Source of the DNA: an uncultured Bacilli bacterium
GTDB taxonomy: Bacteria > Bacillota_I > Bacilli_A > RF39 > UBA660
Assembly: GCA_947626115.1 (NCBI GenBank)
Contig: CANQQX010000004.1
Coordinates: 1 to 55,133 of the forward strand
DNA: 55,133 nt
Reading direction: 5' to 3'
Under the pieces are notes generated by a model. It saw only the letters and a program-made list of their open reading frames with translations, had not been told where the DNA came from and did not search any database. Below, piece by piece: positions 40,548 through 46,853 of this stretch. Numbering within the stretch: position 1 is the stretch's first letter; each line of letters begins with the position of its first letter. Made by a program: the position numbers and the translations under genes.

Positions 40548-41387
40548 ATGAAAATGAAAAAATTATTTAATTTAATTTGTTTATTTATTTTAACAATGTT
40601 TATTATAAATTGTAAAGAAGTTAATGCTGAAGAAAAATGGATATGTAGCTGCGACTATTATGCTAGTCCAACGGGAAGTCAATATTTAACTATTGGACCA
40701 GTTGTAATACCTGCACATCCTGGATCAATAAGTATAAGCTTTAATAGAGAAAATGAGCCTAAAATAGATTTAATTGGTACAAACTATTTAACAGATATTA
40801 AAATTAAGAGAAGTGATTTAATAAATAACTACGATTTGAATACTGGTTTAAATGGGAGACATGGATGCCCAACGTCTTTATATGCAGTAAATACAAGATT
40901 ATATCTTAGTAAATCTGAAGCAGATAATGAAAATAAAAGCTTTTTAAAAGAAGTATGGGATTTTGCAACAGAACATTCAACTTCATATACATTAATAAAT
41001 GAAACTTGTCATCCAGAAAATGATACTAATCCACCAGATAGTACAAGTGATGATCCAACAATAACAGAAATAAATGATTGCGTAACACTATTGGGAAGTC
41101 CTAAAACAGAAGGGACACCAGCATACTATGTTTCAGTAGCTTTTAGAGTAGTTAAATATGTAGCGGTGGGATTATTAATAGTATTATCAACGATAGACTT
41201 TATAAGCGCAATAATGTCGCAAGATAAAGAAATATTAAATAAAACTATAACAAAAGTAGTAAAAAGATTTGTATTATGTGTAGTAATATTTATACTGCCA
41301 ACAATATTAGACCTAGTATTACAATATATAAATGATTCACAATACCTAGAACAAGTAAAATTAGGTTTGTGTGGTATTGGAGAGTGA
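40548..41387 (+). CDS. Secreted Cys-containing domain fused to a C-terminal VirB2-like two-TM domain
   Basis: Signal peptide; about 170-aa ectodomain; TIDFISAIMSQDKEILNKTITKVVKRFVLCVVIFILPTIL hairpin. Confidence 0.5.
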   Translation: MKMKKLFNLICLFILTMFIINCKEVNAEEKWICSCDYYASPTGSQYLTIGPVVIPAHPGSISISFNRENEPKIDLIGTNYLTDIKIKRSDLINNYDLNTGLNGRHGCPTSLYAVNTRLYLSKSEADNENKSFLKEVWDFATEHSTSYTLINETCHPENDTNPPDSTSDDPTITEINDCVTLLGSPKTEGTPAYYVSVAFRVVKYVAVGLLIVLSTIDFISAIMSQDKEILNKTITKVVKRFVLCVVIFILPTILDLVLQYINDSQYLEQVKLGLCGIGE

Positions 41388-41391
41388 TAAA

Positions 41392-43629
41392 ATGTTAATA
41401 TTAAATTGGATAGAAACAAGTGTTATAAGCATTGGTATTTGGATTACTAGTGGTATATATTATGTTGCTGCAAATACATTTAATATTTTTCTAATATTAT
41501 CGTCTGGAGATTTAATTGATTCAAGTGCTTATGAACTTATAATAAGAAATTTTTATATTATTTTGGGAATAGTAATGCTGTTCTTGATTTCGTTTGCTCT
41601 TTTAAGGGGAATGGTAAATCCAGATGATCAAAAGCAAGGAACAACAACGATAAAAAAAATAGTTCTCAATTTTGTAACTTCTGTAGTTATTTTAGGATTG
41701 TTACCAATTATTTTCTCATTTGCTTATGATGTTCAAGATTCTATAATTAGAGATTATAATGTTATCGGTAGATTCTTTGGCTATGGTAGTATTTACAATA
41801 ATAACAATAAAGATAATCCTGATGATTATGAAGATAGAATTAGACAAGGAGCTTATGGAATAGTAAATGGTGTATGGACAGCATTCTTTAATATAAAAAC
41901 GCAATATTGTGATGATTTTATTGCCGAAGAATTTAGTGACCAAATAAATGCAAGTTCTGCTACCAAACTAGAAACTTGTCAAAATAAAATTACTGCCTTA
42001 GGATATGATGATGTAGTGGGAACAAGTTTGATAAGTGATGATACAAAAGTAGCAAATGGTTATTCTTTTACAAGATTTTCAGAACAAGTTGAAAAAAATG
42101 GCGATTTTGGTTTATATTTAGCTTTTTCTGAAAATGTAGCTGAAGATCAAGTTCAATTCATGTTTATTTTAAGTTTTATTGGGGGAATACTTTTAATATA
42201 TGTAGCAATATCATTCTGTTTTGATATGGCATTGCGAATGATAAAATTAATTTTCTATCAATTAATTGCCCCTATTCCAATAATGTTAAGGGTTATACCA
42301 GATGGTAAATTAAGCGGAATGTACAAGCAATGGCTTAAAGTTACTGTTACTTGTTATTTAGAAGTATATTTAAGAATATTTATTATGTACTTTACAATAT
42401 ATTTGTGTGTTTTTGTAAGAAAAAGCGATTTTATGACAAAATATGTTTATAATTTTGGTGGCTTAACAGGATTATTTACAAATGCTTTTGTCTTAATGGC
42501 TCTTGTTATGTTTATGAGAAGAGCACCAAAACTTATATCTGAAGTAACCGGAATTGATTCTGGTAATATGAAACTTGGAATAAGAGACAAACTTGCCGAA
42601 GGTGGAGGTTTAACTGCTGCATCAATAATTGGCGGTGGTTTTACAGCCGGAGCAAGAAACTTAGTTAATTCTTTTGAACAAGATGAAAATGGAAGATGGC
42701 ATAGAAAAGAGGGGGCTCATACTGTTAGATCAACAATTGCTGGTGTAGTATCTGGTGGAGCTAGATCTGGAAGAGCTGGTTGGAATGCTAAAAGTTATGG
42801 TGATGTAAGAAAAGCGGCATCAAGTGGAGCAGCCGGAGCAATTAGAGCTCGTGAAAATAGAAAAGCATATAGAGAACAACATCCAAATGAAAATATTTTT
42901 GTGGCTAGAGCAAATGATGTAGTTCAAGGCATTAATGATTGGTTTCAAGGCGGCTTTGAGGCTGAAGAAGCTAAAATAAAATCTTACAATGATTTATTAG
43001 CTGTTCAAGATAGAGCCAAAGCTGCAACTGAAAAAGTCATGTCTAAATTTTCCACAAATTCTAAAATTGTAGGAATGCCACAAGAATTTAAAGGTGTTAG
43101 CGAAGATATGGCTAATAGGTTTAAAAATCTATTTGCTGGTCAAGATTTAGCTACAATGGAAAATACTATCTCATCTTTAAAAAATCGTGTAATTAATAGA
43201 GATGATTATGCAACCGATGAAGAGTATGAACAAGCAGTTCGTAATCATAACGCAATGGTTTCAGCTTATGATTCGATGTATCAACAAGTTAGAAAGGAAA
43301 CAATAAAAAAAGTTCAAAGTATGGTTTTTGCAAATGGTGTTGATGAAGACGGTACAGTAAAACCAGCATATGAAATAGCGGGATTAAAGGATTCTGATAT
43401 ATCAGCAATTAGAGCAGAGTTAACAAATGCTGAAAATATGCTTAATACAATGGGACGTGCTAGTGAAATCAATTTAAGAGAACAATATGATCCTATTCAT
43501 GAAAAAGGTGCTGGTTATTCATTTGATAAGGCTGCATCTGATGTTGAACAAGCTAGAAATAATTTACATGCCGATGTTGAAAGAAAGAAAGCTGCAAGAG
43601 CTGCTCGTAGAGGAAATAATAATAATTAA
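41392..43629 (+). CDS. VirB6-like polytopic T4SS channel protein with a long C-terminal soluble extension
   Basis: At least 6 predicted TMs in the first 400 aa; Gly/Ala-rich then coiled-coil-like tail; lies between the pilin-like and VirB3/VirB4 genes. ATG at 41392 follows GGAGAG. Confidence 0.5.
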   Translation: MLILNWIETSVISIGIWITSGIYYVAANTFNIFLILSSGDLIDSSAYELIIRNFYIILGIVMLFLISFALLRGMVNPDDQKQGTTTIKKIVLNFVTSVVILGLLPIIFSFAYDVQDSIIRDYNVIGRFFGYGSIYNNNNKDNPDDYEDRIRQGAYGIVNGVWTAFFNIKTQYCDDFIAEEFSDQINASSATKLETCQNKITALGYDDVVGTSLISDDTKVANGYSFTRFSEQVEKNGDFGLYLAFSENVAEDQVQFMFILSFIGGILLIYVAISFCFDMALRMIKLIFYQLIAPIPIMLRVIPDGKLSGMYKQWLKVTVTCYLEVYLRIFIMYFTIYLCVFVRKSDFMTKYVYNFGGLTGLFTNAFVLMALVMFMRRAPKLISEVTGIDSGNMKLGIRDKLAEGGGLTAASIIGGGFTAGARNLVNSFEQDENGRWHRKEGAHTVRSTIAGVVSGGARSGRAGWNAKSYGDVRKAASSGAAGAIRARENRKAYREQHPNENIFVARANDVVQGINDWFQGGFEAEEAKIKSYNDLLAVQDRAKAATEKVMSKFSTNSKIVGMPQEFKGVSEDMANRFKNLFAGQDLATMENTISSLKNRVINRDDYATDEEYEQAVRNHNAMVSAYDSMYQQVRKETIKKVQSMVFANGVDEDGTVKPAYEIAGLKDSDISAIRAELTNAENMLNTMGRASEINLREQYDPIHEKGAGYSFDKAASDVEQARNNLHADVERKKAARAARRGNNNN

Positions 43630-43651
43630 AGTATAAAGGAGGAATAGAAAG

Positions 43652-43972
43652 GTGAAAAATTATTTAATACCAGCAAATACCAAAAAATCACAATTGCTAT
43701 TAGGATTTTTTACACCACTAGATTTAATTATATTTGCGGTTGGATGTGTATGGACATTAATAATGTTATTAATTATAAAAAGTACTAATATTTTTGCTTT
43801 AATATTATTAATGCTGCCAGCATTAGTAGGAACGTTTTTAGTAATGCCTGTACCACATTATCATAATGTATTACAATTATTAACAAATATATTTAATTTC
43901 TATACAAATAGAAGAAGATATTATTGGAAAGGATGGAGTATGTATGAAGAATTCAACTCAAACAGTAAATAA
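43652..43972 (+). CDS. VirB3-like / PrgI-type small two-TM T4SS protein
   Basis: 106 aa; LLLGFFTPLDLIIFAVGCVW plus a second TM; immediately precedes VirB4, as in Gram-positive T4SS loci. Confidence 0.55.
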   Translation: MKNYLIPANTKKSQLLLGFFTPLDLIIFAVGCVWTLIMLLIIKSTNIFALILLMLPALVGTFLVMPVPHYHNVLQLLTNIFNFYTNRRRYYWKGWSMYEEFNSNSK

Positions 43973-44507
43973 TCCAAAATTTACGAGTACTTGGTTACCA
44001 ATTAGACAAATTATGAATGGGATGATTCAACTTGATGATGGAACTTTTGTTACGGGAGTAAAAATTTCTCCTAAAAATATATTTATTATGGGTGCTCAAG
44101 CGCAAGATAATATGGTATATAATTTAAGAAATTTTTACAATACTATTGATTATGAATTTTGGCTTATTATTGCAGATCGTCCTGTTGATATCAACTTGTA
44201 TCTGGCTGAGTTACAAAAATTATATAATAATACTTCTAATAATGAAGCTAGAAAATTAATTTTACAAGATATCAATAAAGCTAATCAATTTATGAGTATA
44301 GAATATAATGTTGTTGATACAGAGTATTATTTAATATTTCAAGAGAAAAAATTGGAAATATTACAAAAAAAACTTCATAATATGATAAGTGGTCTTGCTA
44401 ACAGTGGTTTACAAGCTAGTCAAACAAGTAATGATGATTTACGAATGATTTTAGATAATCTTCTTAATGGCGGAGATGCTATTAATTTTGGGACGGTGAT
44501 GAGTTAA
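43944..44507 (+). CDS. VirB4-family ATPase, N-terminal domain as a separate ORF
   Basis: WLPIRQIMNGMIQLDDGTFVTGVKISPKNIF resembles the start of Gram-positive VirB4 proteins (Tn916 Orf16/CD1110 type). 187 aa + 595 aa = 782 aa, the usual single-protein length. Confidence 0.6.
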   Translation: MKNSTQTVNNPKFTSTWLPIRQIMNGMIQLDDGTFVTGVKISPKNIFIMGAQAQDNMVYNLRNFYNTIDYEFWLIIADRPVDINLYLAELQKLYNNTSNNEARKLILQDINKANQFMSIEYNVVDTEYYLIFQEKKLEILQKKLHNMISGLANSGLQASQTSNDDLRMILDNLLNGGDAINFGTVMS

Positions 44508-46294
44508 TGAGTACTGTAAAAAATGCTATAGCACCAAAAGGTATGGAATTTAAACCAACTGAATTTAGAATTAGTGGTAAATATTCTACAATTATTACTA
44601 TTGTTACTTTTCCTAAAAATATCTATGTAGGTTATTTATCTGATATTACAAATATTTCTGGTGTTAAAATTGTTGTTAAACATATACCAATTCAATTTCA
44701 AGTATTACAAAAAATGATTAATAAAGAAATTGCTGATTTAAAAACAAGATATCAATCAGAACATGATCAAACATTACAAGAAAAAATTCGTCAAGATTAT
44801 GAATCATTAGAGCAATTCATAAGTATGCTTGCTTCTACTGATGCTCGTATATTCGATTTTCAAATGCATTTAATGCTTACTGCTGATAGTAAGGAAGAAC
44901 TTGATAATAAAAAAATGGAAGTTAAAAGTTATTTAAATGCAATGGGAATGGCAGGAGTAGCTTTAATGTTTGAACAAGAAAAAGTACTTAAAAGTATTGT
45001 ACCAATATTTCCACCACAAGATATTGAACAACGAATTGGTACACCAATTCCTTCAGTTACTATTGCGGCCATGTATCCATTTGTTTTTGATAGCATTAAA
45101 GATCCTGGATTATCTTGCTTATTCGGTGTAGATTTTTCTGGTGGAGTTGTTTTATTTAATCAATTCTTGTATCAAATAAGAAAAGAAAATAACAGAAATA
45201 ATGCTAATATGATATTACTAGGTACATCAGGGTCAGGTAAATCAACTGCAGCTAAACTATTACTTCGTACACATTTACGTAACGGTTGTAAAGTTGTAGC
45301 AATAGATCCTGAAGGTGAACTAGGTGATATGACTGAACTTATGGGTGGAGATTTCTTAGACCTTGGTAAAGGTGGAGATTTTGGTATGATTAATCCACTG
45401 GAAATAGTAATGGATGTTGATGAAGAAGAAATATCTCAAGGCTTAGGATATACTGTTTTAACAAGAACACTTCAACAATTAAAGGCATTTATGAAATATT
45501 ATAATCCATCAATTGAAGAAGATGTTTTAACATTATTTAGTGAAGTAGTACAAGATACTTATAAAAGATTTAAAATAGATTTTGATACAGATTTTACTAA
45601 ACTTACAAGAGATGATTATCCAACATTTGATGATGTTTATGCTACTATTCAAGGAAGACTTTTATCTATGGTCGATGCAACTCATGAGCGAGATGTAATG
45701 GAAAGACTTGAACTTAAAGTAAGACCTTTAGTTAAAGAATTAAGATATTACTTTACTGGTAAAACTACCATTCAAATTCAAAGTGATTTTATAGTATTTA
45801 ATATAAAAGAGTTAATGAATAGTGATGAAAATATTAAAAATGCTCTATTCTTTAATATATTAAAATTTGCTTGGGGTTTATGTCTAGATAAAAATGTTAA
45901 TACAGTTATGATGGTTGATGAAGCCCACGTACTTTTAGCTACACATAATGAACTTGGGGCAGAGTTCTTAGCTCAAATTCAAAGACGTAGTCGTAAATAT
46001 AATACCGGTACAATAATTATTACACAACAACCAACTGACTTTGCTGCACCATCTGTTATTCAACATGGTAAAGCAATATTTGATAATGCATCTTACTATT
46101 TAGTAATGGGGCTTCGTAAACAAGCTGTTGAAGATTTAGGCCAATTAATAGATTTAAATGAAAGTGAAAAAGAAGGAATAAAATATTATCCACAAGGACA
46201 AGGACTATTTATCTGTGGTAATAGAAGAATGCGTATCAATGTTGTAGTAACTCAAGAAGAACTAGATTCATTTGGCTCTGGTGGCGGTTATTAA
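44507..46294 (+). CDS. VirB4-family conjugation ATPase, C-terminal ATPase portion
   Basis: IAPKGMEFKPTEFRISGKY start of the middle domain; Walker A GTSGSGKST; Walker B MMVDEAHVLL; start shares 1 nt with the upstream stop (TAATG). Confidence 0.85.
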   Translation: MSTVKNAIAPKGMEFKPTEFRISGKYSTIITIVTFPKNIYVGYLSDITNISGVKIVVKHIPIQFQVLQKMINKEIADLKTRYQSEHDQTLQEKIRQDYESLEQFISMLASTDARIFDFQMHLMLTADSKEELDNKKMEVKSYLNAMGMAGVALMFEQEKVLKSIVPIFPPQDIEQRIGTPIPSVTIAAMYPFVFDSIKDPGLSCLFGVDFSGGVVLFNQFLYQIRKENNRNNANMILLGTSGSGKSTAAKLLLRTHLRNGCKVVAIDPEGELGDMTELMGGDFLDLGKGGDFGMINPLEIVMDVDEEEISQGLGYTVLTRTLQQLKAFMKYYNPSIEEDVLTLFSEVVQDTYKRFKIDFDTDFTKLTRDDYPTFDDVYATIQGRLLSMVDATHERDVMERLELKVRPLVKELRYYFTGKTTIQIQSDFIVFNIKELMNSDENIKNALFFNILKFAWGLCLDKNVNTVMMVDEAHVLLATHNELGAEFLAQIQRRSRKYNTGTIIITQQPTDFAAPSVIQHGKAIFDNASYYLVMGLRKQAVEDLGQLIDLNESEKEGIKYYPQGQGLFICGNRRMRINVVVTQEELDSFGSGGGY

Positions 46295-46296
46295 GC

Positions 46297-46332
46297 AAAA
46301 AATTTCACATAAATATGTGAAATTTTTTATTT
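46297..46332 (+). terminator. Intrinsic terminator after VirB4
   Basis: AAAAAATTTCACAT-AA-ATATGTGAAATTTTTT perfect hairpin with a T run. Confidence 0.7.
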
Positions 46333-46347
46333 TAAGTTAAATTATAA

Positions 46348-46656
46348 GTGGTGATTGTTATGAAAAGGGATTTTTATAGAGTGTTAGAAGATTGGCAAAA
46401 AAATGATATAGAAATACCTCTTATGATAGTCGGAGCAAGACAAGTTGGTAAAACATATATAATAGATGAGTTTTGTAAAAATAATTTTGATGATTATATT
46501 TATATAAATTTAAAAGATAATAAAGAAGTGTGTAATATATTTAAAGAAGAAGAAGATTCAAAATGTGGAATAGAGATAGAAAGAGATATAAATGCTAGTA
46601 TAAATATAATGTATGAAGGAATAATAAGTTACTATAAAGGAATTATTCAAATTTAA
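46348..46656 (+). pseudogene. Chimeric remnant: about the first 70 codons of an AAA_14/DUF4143 ATPase fused to the last 30 or so codons of an IS605-family TnpB
   Basis: MKRDFYRVLEDWQ...MIVGARQVGKTYIIDEFC parallels 25152-26477. From about 46560 it switches to KCGIEIERDINASINI, the TnpB C-terminal zinc-finger/RuvC-III signature. Confidence 0.75.
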
Positions 46657-46762
46657 TAATAAATAATAAATAAAAAAACAAGTACGGCAGCGACTGTTGG
46701 AAATATGGTCTGTGGAGAAGTGAAATCCTAAGAAGCAGAAAAGATAAGCCGTGATGCTTATC
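46560..46762 (+). mobile_element. IS200/IS605-family right-end remnant (tnpB 3' end plus putative omega-RNA/RE region)
   Basis: TnpB C-terminal codons followed by a locally GC-richer roughly 100-nt stretch ending in the hairpin GATAAGC-CGTGAT-GCTTATC (46743-46762). No tnpA or left end present. Confidence 0.5.
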
Positions 46763-46853
46763 AAAGTAAAATGAAATAAATGTTAATTTATTGAATTTTA
46801 CTTTTTGTTCTTTGAAATATATGTTAAAATAATAAATAGAAGAAGGTGGTAAA

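Noticed and set aside
9107-41391. Upstream-extended start codons offered by the ORF track (9107, 15945, 29209, 30769, 41371)
   Set aside because: In each case a downstream ATG or GTG has a proper SD and yields a sensible signal peptide or N-terminus. The extensions lack an SD or overlap the preceding gene or promoter.
46348-46656. Treating the 102-aa ORF as an intact small ATPase gene
   Set aside because: It is a fusion of two unrelated gene fragments (AAA_14 N-terminus and TnpB C-terminus), so it is called a pseudogene or chimera.
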